Assembly (NCBI GenBank): GCA_051362555.1
Contig: CM120642.1
Span: 34,188,356-34,252,355, forward strand
Length of the DNA: 64,000 bases
Origin: Lingula anatina
Lineage: Eukaryota > Animalia > Brachiopoda
Direction of reading: 5' to 3'
Positions 1 through 13,200 of this stretch are shown here, one piece after another. Positions within the stretch are counted from its first letter, which is position 1; every line of letters starts with the position of its first letter. The notes under the pieces are model-generated. The model was not told where the DNA came from. It searched no databases and was given only the letters and a program-made list of their open reading frames with translations. The position numbers and the translations under genes are program-made.

Positions 1-54
1 AGAGCTCAGAAAGCACACCATTTATATTAACTTGATGCATTCTCCCAACAAGAT

Positions 55-131
55 AGTTCTAAGGCCTTATCTCTAACCCCTACACTCTGCTCTAGAAATG
101 TCAATAAAATATTATGGTCTACTGTGTCTAT
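55..131 (-). mobile_element. Decayed non-LTR retrotransposon (L2/CR1-like) reverse transcriptase fragment
   Basis: Minus frame reads DTVDHNILLTFLEQSVGVRDKALE, resembling the AFDTVDHxILL..L...G..G.AL segment of CR1/L2 RT domains; truncated by the adjacent minisatellite. Confidence 0.6.
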
Positions 132-792
132 ATAACACAACACAGGCACATGTATAACAGAACACAGGCACATGTATAACACAACACAGGCACATGTATA
201 ACACAACACAGGCATGTATAACACAGCACAGGGACATGTATAACACAACACAGATATATATAACACAACACAGGCACATGTATAACACAACACAGGCACA
301 TATAACACAACACAGGTTTATATAACACAACACAGGCACATGTAACACAACACACGCATATAAACCACAACACAGGCACATGTATAACACAACACAGATA
401 CATTTAACACAACACAGGCACATGTATAACACAACACAGGCACATATAACACAACACAGGTACATATAACACAACAAAGGCACATGTAACACAACACACG
501 CATATAAACCACAACACAGGCATATATATATAACACAACACAGGCACATTTAACACAACATAGGGACATGTATAACACAACACAGATACATATAACACAA
601 CACAGGCACATGTAACACAACACACGCATATAAACCACAACACAGGCATATATATAACACAACACAGGCACATTTAACACAACATAGGGACATGTATAAC
701 ACAACACAGGCACATGTATAACACAACACAGGAACATATAACACAACACAGGAACATTTAACACAACACAGGCATATATAACACAACATATA
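128..792. repeat. Minisatellite, 20-22 bp unit (tataacacaacacaggcacatg)
   Basis: Direct tandem periodicity; produces the Cys/Val-rich spurious ORFs. Confidence 0.95.
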
Positions 793-957
793 TACTAGGG
801 TAAAAGAGTTAAAATAGTGCATTAATCTTTAACACAATTTCAGTACAGCATCTGTTGCATCATATAGTTAAATGTTATCAGTGTTTCAATTTCATACTCT
901 GGAAACAAGAAGAGTTTGAAAACGTACTTGTTAAATAAGAGGAGTTTGAAAACATAC

Positions 958-1264
958 TTGTTAATATGCAGCCAGTGTATGATATCAGCCTGTTCATGGA
1001 GTGAGTCTGTCTCCTTTAGAGCATCCACCATCTCATTACAGTCAATGCCAGCTCCCTGAACCTCCTTGATTTCTTTAGACCGCCACAAGAGGTCACTCTC
1101 AGAGCGTGGAATCCCAGCCACTCCTGCTGTGAGCAGTTTCTTACGGCTCATCCTGGGGCTCCCCGGGGGAGAGGACTGAGGGCTGGTGTAGGGGGAGTGG
1201 CCGGGGCTGACATACAGGCCAAAGTTAGGGTCACGCATGTGGACATCCGGGAGGTGATGAGAAA
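958..1264 (-). CDS. PHKA: PHKA exon (307 nt) [12 protein letters not shown]...[12 protein letters not shown]
   Basis: Acceptor tttcctag, donor AA/gtatgt; [14 protein letters not shown] resembles the PHKA helix after the variable region. Confidence 0.85.
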
Positions 1265-4200
1265 CTAGGAAACCAAGATACAATATTTGAGTACAGGATC
1301 AACGGTGGAATATCTTTGTACACTGGGTAACTTTGGCCAGTGTATGATGGATATTTATTTTGAACTGGTGGGCAATTTTTTTCATGTCACCCTTCAAAGC
1401 TAATATACACAAAAGCATTGGAGTATACGGATTATATTTTGTAAAATAATGTGGCATGGCTTCATATCTGTAATATACATTTATCATTATATGTGCATTG
1501 CTTTCACTCCACTTAAAACAGCTACCAAACCGTGGCACCCAACTGTGGAAGCTCTATCACACAGGTGATATAGCATAGATAGCTACTCACACAGAAATAG
1601 CATTCTTGGAAATATTTTTAAATCAGTGACACCCTGAAGCACAATAGCATTCAAATATACATAATATATCAGAGATATCCTACTATTCAAACAATTTATA
1701 CTTTGTCTTATGTATGGAACATACATATACATCTAGTTAAGTAAAATATACTTAATCAAAAAAAAAAAAAAAAATACAGGCCGTTTATAAATCATTAAGA
1801 GTTGCTGAAATAAAGAATGGATATTGACAGTATTTTTTCTTGCATAGCTAATGTCCACTAGCTAACTTTTACATATGTCTAGATGGTCATAAAGCCTTGG
1901 CATGCTTGCACAATGAGCAGGATGTTGACTGTGACCAAGCTCTGATCAGTCTCAAAGTTGCTCTTATATATTTGACAGGCAGCAAGGTTAGGATAAATGA
2001 AAATAATGAGTACTTTTATGTTACAAATGAAAAAATATATATATATATATTTTTTTTTCTCCTTTTTTATCTGTTAATATTGTAGACAATTGTTATTTAA
2101 CTGAACAACAGACATTTACGTAATTATCATTTTTCCAGTCATTAATAATAAGTATCCATTTGTTAAAATATCTAAAGAAATATCAATTTTTACAAACAGA
2201 AACCTTATAACCAATTAGAGCAAACATGAATGTTAATAGTGAGACAAACACAACATGAAATCTAGAAACTTGTGCTTTTAGTGAAACACCAAGATACCTC
2301 CTGTTGCCTCGCGGTAGATGTTTTCCAGCCTCGGCAACACTGAAATAATAATATACATCAACTCATCTCTCCACCTCTCTTCTTCTCTCTCCTCTTCTCC
2401 CACCTGGCTTGGCTATTACAATGTAGTTAAAATGTGGCTGAACATAGACTTCTTCTTTTACCATCTACCTTCAGCCTTTCAATACCACAAACAACATAGA
2501 ACACAGTGAACCAAAGCTCATCAAGCCCCCATCAACAATACCTCTGTCAGCAGGTTATCTTGTTCATGCCACAACTACAACAAAGCTACTACTATTACCA
2601 CTCCAAGCATTACTAACATACATGTGGATATATTTAAAAACTACTACCACTCCAAGCACTATTGACATACAAGTCATTCCAGTATACTGGGGAGGGGGTG
2701 GAGGAGGGGGGTGCATCTTGAGTGTCTTACAACCAAATGCATTTTTTCTCTTCTAAAGTCACCACATCAGGATAATTGGCATTTTTTCTATTGAAATAAC
2801 TACACCACATGGTTTTAACAACAAGTATAAGGGACAAGAACTTTTATAAAACTTATTCAAATTTAAAAAATTCATGTTATCATAGAGATATGATTTTTCA
2901 TCAAATTAGGTTTGGTTTCTGCAAAGCAGCCAATTAATAGTTTATGCTCTAACATTTTGGATCATACTGGGTAAATTAGGTACAGTTTCAATTGGACTGA
3001 AGATATGCACAAATTTATCTGTGCATAACTTATAAGTACTTTCTACCACAGGCATTTACATGCAATGTTAACATGTGCTTCATATTTTTTTTCTTTTTAA
3101 AAAATGTAGAGAGAAATAAAATTACAATCTCAGAGAAGTGAAACTTGCAAGTAAGACACCCAAGGTTGTTACATAAATAGGACTAAGAAGATATCCAAAC
3201 ACCTAGAAGACAATATAAAACACAAACCCTGCTCTCCAAACATCTACAGGGCTAGGTGAAAATAATATATACAAATTAAAAGGAGATGTGGAAGTCACTC
3301 AGGGGAATTTCTTACCTTCATGAATATGGATTTCTAGAGAAAAAATAAGACATTGGACCAACAATGAGACTAAACTTGATAATATTTGTGTACAGTCGAC
3401 CTAGAAAGTGCCTTTGGAAAGAGGTCAAGGTCACCAGTTCAGTTCATTTAGATTAGGGTTACTACTTGGGTAATTGTGATTTACACAATTGGAGACATCA
3501 TTCTGTATCTATTTATTAAAGATTCAAAATTTAGCCATATCCATAATTGACTCACTTGAACAGAACTACAACTGTTGAAAGCACAAAACTTCTGCAAAAT
3601 ATTGAATCATTTCTTTTACACACACACACACACACGCACACACACACAAACAATTTTTCCCATTCATATATCACTAACATACAATTATCCCCATTAATAT
3701 ATCACTAACATACAATTACCCCCATTCATATATCACTAACATACAATTATTCCCATTCATATATCACTAACATACAATTATCCCCATTCATATATCACTA
3801 ACATACAATTATTCCCATTCATATATCACTAACATACAATTATCCCCATTCATATATCACTAACATACAATTATCCCCATTCATATATCACTAACATACA
3901 ATTATCCCCATTCATATATCACTAACATACAATTACTCCCATTCATATATCACTAACATACAATTACCCCCATTCATATATCACTAACATACAATTATCC
4001 CCATTCATATATCACTAACATACAATTATCCCCATTCATATATCACTAACATACAATTACTCCCATTCATGTATCACTAACATACAATTATTCCCATTCA
4101 TATATCACTAACATACAATTATCCCCATTCATATATCACTAAAATACAATTATCCCCATTCATATATCACTAACATACAATTATTCCCATTCATATATCG

Positions 4201-7200
4201 TTAACATACAATTATCCCCATTCATATATCACTGTGTACATACAATTATCCCCATTCATATATCACTAACATACAATTTTCCCCATTCATATATCACTAA
4301 CTTCTAGTTTCATACCTCCATCATTACATTTTATTTCTAAAATGTATGTTATCAACTTTATTTCACCTCCAAAAATAACTAAAGTTGATCTCTTTCCAAA
4401 ACATACTTATGCACCAAAACTAAACATTGCTATGCTAGCAATTAGGTACTTTTAGATAGGACTACTGCAATAATTAAACACATACATCTACTGTATGTCT
4501 GATTATTACATCTTGCAAAATGATTCTGATTAAAAAAATATATTGAAATATTCTACATATTCATTGGTCTATGTAAAAGCAATTAGCTAAAGTAATCTTA
4601 TTTGCAAAGCAATGACATTATAAAATGAACATGGTTTTAAAATGGTATCATTTTACGTACTTGGTTTTATGGAGTCCTCGTCCACACATATGGAGCGTGT
4701 CCGTTTCACAATGCCTTTGACAGAGTTGGCGCGACTCCTGTGTCGTCTCCGGGTGAAACCTAGGCTGACTGGCAGGTGAGGTCGAGGACAGGTAGGACTA
4801 GCGAGATCTCCAATTATAGCACCCAGCTCAGCCTCTGCAAAATGCAGCCTTATTTTTACTGTTGGTACAGTTACTAAGATTTAATAGATAGCTGGGAAAT
4901 CTTAACATACCACCCTCACCAGGGGCGGATCCAGGGTTATTTTCTGACAGTCTTCCAATTTATCTTTCTTGGTCCATCCTCCATTTTTGACCGTCTTCCG
5001 ACAAAAAGAATTAGATACCCGTCAATGTAAACTTGAAAATCTGACCGTCTTCCGGAAGACCCAGAAGACGCCCTAAATCCGCCCCTGCTCACTCCATTTC
5101 TCCCCCTTAGGAAAAAGTCCTATAGGATCCTATAAGATCCTATAGGATCCTACCGGAAATTGGCCCAATTTCCTATAGGATCCTATAGGATCTTATAGGA
5201 TCCTATAGGACTTTTTCGTTAGGGCACACTTATATTATCAAGGCACAGCTAGGATATATATAATAACATACCATCCTCACTCCCTTTCTCACACTTATAT
5301 TATCAAGGCACAGCTAGGATATATATAATAACATACCATCCTCACTCCCTTTCTCACACTAATATTATCAAGGCACAGCTAGTATATATATAATAACATA
5401 CCATCCTCACTCCCTTTCTCACACTTATATTATCAAGGCACAGCTAGGATATATATATAATAGCATACCATCCTCACTCCCTTTCTCACACTTATATTAT
5501 CAAGGCACAGCTAGGATATATATAATAACATACCATCCTCACTCCCTTTCTTACACTTATATTATCAAGGCACAGCTAGGATATATATAATAACATACCA
5601 TCCTCACTCCCTTTCTCAAAGTTGAGGAAGGTCAGTTTTGTGATGCAGGAGGTTGACAGGAAGTCAGACAAGTTCCCTAACTGTACTCTGAAAACATGAA
5701 CAAAATAATAACTATCAAGAGTGAGACCAGACTGGCACGTGGTTCTCATGTTCAATGCATTTCTATTACTTTAACAAGTTTTATCTCTATCACATCCATA
5801 AAGAGGGCAGATCAGCAATATTGCCGTCTCTTCTTTAAAGTCTACTCTTTAGGTTCTTTGGTACATTTGTAAAAAAACTTGGAAAGAAACCATGGGGGAA
5901 ATGCTTTCAAGTCTGTTCATGTTAAGAGACTATGACTATAATACCATAGACAACATGTGTACATGTGCCACATTATGGTGTGATCTAGAACATTGGCAAT
6001 CCTACATTATAAAATACCTATTAGACAAGATCCTGAAACTACTGAATTTATCTATTCAAAGATCATTCTGATTATAATGTTAAAAAAGAATTAAAATTTA
6101 ATAATATTTTTATTAATTTAAACTGGAGAAAGCCACTGTAACAGTCATGGTGTCTATTGTTAGCTACCAACTAAGTCAATATTTTCGTTGCACAGAGATG
6201 AGTTTATTGGGGTTGCAAAACCAAACAACGGTTGATCTCAAGTCCACACAACCTATAGCTACCCTCGACCAGAACCACAGATCAATTGATCACTAAGATA
6301 TTAGGAGATCTGTCTCTGACCAATTCATGACACAATTTTGTAGAGAATTCTATAGAGAATTGCGTCATAAATTGTCCAGAGAGATATCTGTAAATATCTA
6401 GTGTTAAATCAATCTGTGGCTGTGGTAGAGGGTACCATGTGCTGTGTATATTCAGGACAAGTATGCCACAGAGTGAGTCCGTCTGTGGCTGTGGTAGAGG
6501 GTACCATGTGCTGTGTATGTACAGGACAAGTATGCCACAGAGTGAGTCCGTCTCTGGCTATGGTAGAGGGTAACATGTGCTGTGTATGTACAGGACAAGT
6601 ATGCCACAGAGTGAGTCCGTCTGTGGCTATGGTAAAGGGTACCATGTGCTGTGTATATTCAGGACAAGTATGCCACAGAGTGAGTCCGTCTGTGGCTGTG
6701 GAAGAGGAACCATGTGCTGTGTATATTCAGGACAAGTATGCCACAGAGTGAGTCAGTCTGTGGCTGTGGTAGAGGGTACCATGTGCTGTGTATGTACACG
6801 ACAAGTATGCCACAGAGTGAGGCAGTCTGTGGCTGTGGTAGAGGGTACCATGTGCTGTGTATGTACAGGACAAGTATGCCACAGAGTGAGTCAGTCTGTG
6901 GCTGTGGTAGAGGGTACCATGTGCTGTGTATGTACAGGACAAGTATGCCACAGAGTGAGTCAGTCTGTGGCTGTGGTAGAGGGTACCATGTGCTGTGTAT
7001 ATTCAGGACAAGTTTGCCACAGAGTGAGTCAGTCTGTGGCTATGGTAGAGGGTACCATGTGCTGTGTATATTCAGGACAAGTATGCCACAGAGTGAGTCA
7101 GTCTGTGGCTGTGGAAGAGGAACCATGTGCTGTGTATATTCAGGACAAGTATGCCACAGAGTGAGTCAGTCTGTGGCTATGGTAGAGGGTACCATGTGCT

Positions 7201-10200
7201 GTGTATGTACAGGACAAGTATGCCACAGAGTGAGTCAGTCTGTGGCTGTGGTAGAGGGTACCATGTGCTGTGTATGTACAGGACAAGTATGCCACAGAGT
7301 GAGTCAGTCTGTGGCTGTGGTAGAGGGTACCATGTGCTGTGTATGTACAGGACAAGTATGCCACAGAGTGAGTCAGTCTGTGGCTGTGGTAGAGGGTACC
7401 ATGTGCTGTGTATGTACAGGACAAGTATGCCACAGAGTGAGTCAGTCTGTGGCTATGGTAGAGGGTACCATGTGCTGTGTATATTCAGGACAAGTATGCC
7501 ACAGAGTGAGTCAGTCTGTGGCTGTGGAAGAGGAACCATGTGCTGTGTATATTCAGGACAACTATGCCACAGAGTGAGTCAGTCTGTGGCTATGGTAGAG
7601 GGTACCATGTGCTGTGTATGTACAGGACAAGTATGCCACAGAGTGAGTCAGTCTGTGGCTGTGGTAGAGGGTACCATGTGCTGTGTATGTACAGGACAAG
7701 TATGCCACAGAGTGAGTCAGTCTGTGGCTGTGGTAGAGGGTACCATGTGCTGTGTATGTACAGGACAAGTATGCCACAGAGTGAGTCCGTCTGTGGCTGT
7801 GGTAGAGGGTACCATGGGCTGTGTATGTACAGGACAAGTATGCCACAGAGTGAGTCAGTCTGTGGCTGTGGTAGAGGGTACCATGTGCTGTGTATGTACA
7901 GGACAAGTATGCCACAGAGTGAGTCCGTCTGTGGCTGTGGTAGAGGGTACCATGGGCTGTGTATGTATAGGACAAATATGCCACAGAGTGAGTCAGTCTG
8001 TGGCTGTGGTAGAGGGTACCATGTGCTGTGTATGTACAGGACAAGTATGCCACAGAGTGAGTCAGTCTCAAAGAAGCTAAAAGTAAAGTACCATGCTTCT
8101 ATAATACCCATTAAAACAGAAAATAGTGCTCAGCTCTCATTCAACTACTTATGCTCAATTAATTATATGGCATATAGAACACAACAAGCAACTAAACCCA
8201 GAAGAAAATTAAAACTTGTACATTGCCCATTTGTACACATATACTACTTAAAATATCTCAACTGCACAATCAATAAAAACATTATTAATGCAAAATATTT
8301 TTCTCTCATCAAAAAGAATTATATTTTATTTTACACTAGTATCAATAACAGCCACTCGACCCCCCCCCCCCCCCCCTTGAAGCAGTGAGTTTCATGCAAA
8401 GGTACTGTTTCTAAACATTTTTTAAAAATTAAGCATTTATCTCAGCATGGTTTGTGTCAGTATTTCAATCATTTGCCAGATAGTTGCTTACTGGTATCCT
8501 GATAATGCAAGCATATTGGTAAGACATTTTTTACGACAGAAAAGGACTTTTTTAACTGTCTTGATTTTGCTTTGCTCCTTATTGTCTCTTCTATTGCTGG
8601 AGACTATGTGCAAACAACTAAACAGTAAGTTCAAAGACTAAGGATAGTAAAATGTTAGACTTGCTTGTAATTCAGCTTTCAGAAAGTTACAAAAGGGGAA
8701 GCATTATGCATTGCATTCTCTTCTGAATCCATAATAAAGTGAAAAATGCAAAAGAACAAAAACTAAAACAAAGCAGAAATAAAAATAAATGAATAAAATT
8801 TCAACCCCAATTCCAAGTTCAAAATACAGACCTTGAACCATATACGTAACCCTCTTTAAGCTTTGAAATGAAAGCTTTAAGATGAGCTGGGATTTTCATT
8901 CTGATGTCTGAAGGAAACCAAAATAATCATTTTACATCGACAGAAATATAATACTAACAAAAAACTACTGTCCAGCTATGAGAAAGAAGGCAATTTCAAG
9001 TATCAATAATTTTAAATTTTACCACACCAAACAACAGAGTCTGACAAGACAAAGCAGGTCTCAGACACTGTTTATGCTCTGCCAAACCAAGGAATAATAT
9101 AATCCTTTAGCAAAGCAAGCCAGAACTAAATCAAAGCAGTTACTGTTCACAGTTGCCTTCTTCCTTCAACTGGATAAACCCTGTCCTGTCATATCTGTGG
9201 ATTGGTCTTCAACATGTCATCAATACAGCAAATGACACAGTGGGCATTAAAACTACCCATCTTTTGATGAAATATTAGAATAACCAATTCCACAATTAAT
9301 ATGACAGCAACAGCACATTCACACAGCCACTAGCACCACCTATAAACAAGACAGGCCAACCTTGTGCCATGTATGTATCCCGATTTCAATTTCTGAATGG
9401 TTCCAATTATAACTGGTCGCATCTCTCGACTGTAATCTATAGAATAAAATACAATATTGCGGATAAAAAATCCCTTTCAAGAACATCTGACGACAAACAA
9501 AATTAACAAAAAAAATTCTGCTATAGTTTTTCTGATAGTTAAGCTAACAAACAAAAACAAAGCAGATATCTAATATATTTTAAACCAAATGAGGTTGACA
9601 CAGAGTAAACATTGACATTGCTAGGGTATCAAAACAATTAACATTGAACTGACTTATAACAGCAAAGAAAACAAATCAACCAATTATAATGTCACACATG
9701 AAAGTTAATACAAAAACCAATAACCTAGAAATTATTAATGCTGAGTCAAATGCATATGACTATATGCCAAATACAGCCAACCCAGATAAAATAATAACCT
9801 AAATAAAAAGGGTTTACCTCAATCAACATGCTTTATATTGTATATCAACACAGAGAAGATGGCAATATATGAAGTGTTTCATTAATACATAATTGTTCTA
9901 AAGATTTAGTCTGCATGCTAGAAAAGAGCAAAAGGGGTAATACAAGAAGATATAATAAACATGGATGGCATGCACATAAATACAGATATTGCAGGATAAT
10001 TTTTCAAAGTTAATCACACGTTATCATTTTACGTTACTGTAGTTACAATGCAGTTTTGAAATTTCATCTTCTTAAAAATTCCCCTTGTTCCAAGTATTAT
10101 TCTTAAATCCTTATCCATCCGAACAATTTAGATGCCAGAGACATTAAAGCTTGATTGCCAAATACCAGGTGAAGAAGAAGCTGTAAGCAGAGATGCCATG

Positions 10201-13200
10201 GTTAGTTCCCAGTGATGAGCATCTTCATACTTAACAATATTACATGAGCCACTGAATTCACTTTGCTGGCAGCCTTTCATATTTGAACAAGTATGCAATT
10301 TTCACATTTTATTACGAGTTGGGGATAACAAACAATCTGGCAAAAAGGCTAGAATAATAGAAACTGGCAATTTTGATTTCATTTTGTCAAATTTGCATGT
10401 ATATCATTACTGGAGCTGTGAGGAAAGGTAAATACCACTAGTACTAAATACGGCTGTCTAGTAATGGCAAAGACACAGAAAAATGAGAAATATTATGTTT
10501 TATATCAAAACATTCAACATGATTTTACATTTACAGAAATTACAGGTAAAATTCCCAATTATGAATAAAAGGCTATTATGAGAATCACCAGCAGGCAATC
10601 TGCTACTTCACACAATCTCTATCACAGTTAATAAATTGTAAACTTGCTACACACCAATAATTGCTCCATGCTCATTGCGTACTGGTACTGTGGTGGTTTC
10701 TGAACTCCAACAAAAACATGAGGTAAGTAAAACAAAGCAACATGAAGCATATTAAGCAGCCTAAAATCTGTACACCTCTATATTCAATCAATTAACACTA
10801 TTTTAGTTTATGGGATTTCACTGAAAATACAACACATTTGTGTCTAATGTCTGTTGACACATTTTCAAGCATTGGCATTACATATTTTGAACTGGACAAT
10901 GGCAATGAAAAAATTTAAATTATAAAAACTGTCCCTTTAAATTTACTAAAAAATAGAATCTAAGAAAGTCTCTTTTCTGGGGGAGATGAAAACTAGAAAT
11001 ATATTTTCAGAAGATCTGACAACAAGTAAGCAGCAGTGCAATTCTAGTGTAAACATTCAACAAGCCGTGTTATCAGCAGTGACTAATCCAGGGGATTCCC
11101 ACAGAATGTTGACCTCCCTACTCACAGCAAGTGGATGCAACCCCCCCCCTTCCAGGGTCCTATCACAGGAAGTGGGTGCAACCTTCCCCCTCCAGGGTCC
11201 TATCACAGGAAGTGGGTGCTACATTCTCCCTTCCAGGGTTACACCACAGGAAGTGGGTGCAACCTTCCCCCTCCAGGGTCCTATCACAGGAAGTGGGTGC
11301 AACCTTCCCCCTCCAGGGTCCTATCACAGGAAGTGGGTGCTACATTCTCCCTTCCAGGGTTACACCACAGGAAGTGGGTGCAACCTTCCCCCTCCAGGGT
11401 CATACAACAGGAAGTGGGTACAACGTCTCTCTAGGGTCAAACAACAGGCGCAACCCCCCTCTAGGGTAATACCACAGGAAGTGTGTGCATCCCTCCCCCC
11501 TCTAGGGTTATGCCACAGAAAGTGGGTGCAACCTCCCCCTCCAGGGTCATACAACAGGAAGTAGGTGCAACATCCCTCTAGGGTCATACAATAGGCGCAA
11601 CCCCCCTCTAGGGTAATACCACAGGAAGTGGGTGTACCCCTCCCCCCTCTAGGGTCATGCCACAGAAAGTGGGTGCAACCCGCCTCTAAGGTCATACCAC
11701 AGGTAGCACGTACAACCTCTCCCCTCCAAGGTCATACCAAAGGAAGCGGGTGCAACCCTCCTCTAGGGTCATACCTCAAGAAGCAGATGCAACCCCCCGC
11801 TAGGGTTATACCACAGGAAGCAACCTTCCCCCCACTAGGTTCATGCCACAGAAGCGTGTGCAACCCCCACAGGGTCATACTACAGGAAGCGGATGCAACC
11901 CCCTGCTAGGGTTATACCACAGGAAGCAACCTTCCCCCCACTAGGTTCATGCCATGCAACCCCCCTCAAGGGTCATACAACAGGCGCAACCCTCCTCTAG
12001 GGTAATACCACAGGAAGTGGGTTCAACCCCCTCCTGCGTACACCACATGAAGTGGGTGCAAACCCCCCTCCTGCGTATACCACATGAAGTGGGTGCAAAA
12101 CCCCCTCCTGCGTACACCACATGAAGTGGGTGCAAAGCCCCTCCTGCATACACCACATGAAGTGGGTGCAAAACCCCCCTTCCACTCTGCTTTTTTTCCT
12201 GGATCAGTCATTGCAAGCAGTGAATTATTTTAACTCAAAAGAAAACAAATCTCAACCCATTCTAAATTTCCAAATGCAGGTAGTAGGTGATCTTTACAAG
12301 CAGGCCAGGACTAGACATCAACAATCTGGCGTAGAAAGACAAAGTACTAATTTTTCAACTTCTGGATCAAGTTAGCCAACATTGTTTGGATTATTCAAGC
12401 ACTATTACTCGCCCATGAACCTCACAACTGATTTGTTTGTAAGTCTTTCTATTATCCACCGTTCAAACAGGCTCTGATAGTATTACATTACTGTCCTTTT
12501 TTCATAGCCTTCCATTAAGTACCTTCAGGTGTTTTTTTTTCATCGCATTCTATTTTTAACCTTGGTTAGATTACTCATACTGTTCTGTATATGATAAATA
12601 ATAAAGTGACCCATGGAACAAAAAAAAAAAATTTTTTTTCAATCATTTAGCTCTTTCATGACTAAAAGACCAAAAATTGTAATCAAAATTGATATCTTTT
12701 TTTTTCAATCTTATTTTTCAAACTTTACAAACATATATTATGCTGTGTGTGATATGTCATTTTGTCAATAATAGCATGTACTTCATCTTAATAAACCTAA
12801 ACACATTTCTGACATATTTGCTTTACAGAATTGTTGAGCAAATTGCTGCTATCTAAGGAGGAGTAATAGTGCTGAATAAATCGCATACCCATCATCCAAT
12901 GAAATATTGGAAAAACCATGCATGGTCGGCCCAGGGCATGCCAATTGTTCCTGAGATAAGACACATCAGTTCGGAATGTGTCCACCATGAAGTTGGTGTC
13001 TTGAACCAGGTAATAGGCCTGTTGATCTAGAAACTAGGAAGCAAAACAACAGGGACGACTTCATTAAAATGTGTTTTTTTTTTAGTCCTAACTTAGAGAC
13101 TTCTAATTTGGGCAGAAAACAAGTGATTATATCAGGGCACAGTGCCAGAATTCTTCTTGGTTGAAAACCTCAAGATGAGGGTATCATCTGGCTAAGAAAA

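Noticed and set aside
112-822. Cys/Val/Tyr-rich ORFs
   Set aside because: Translations of a 20-22 bp minisatellite, open in several frames, inside a PHKA intron
6401-8388. Long Cys-rich periodic ORFs on both strands, with splice-like motifs on the plus strand
   Set aside because: A 69-bp unit lacking stops gives ORFs in multiple frames; no unique flanking coding sequence; antisense to PHKA
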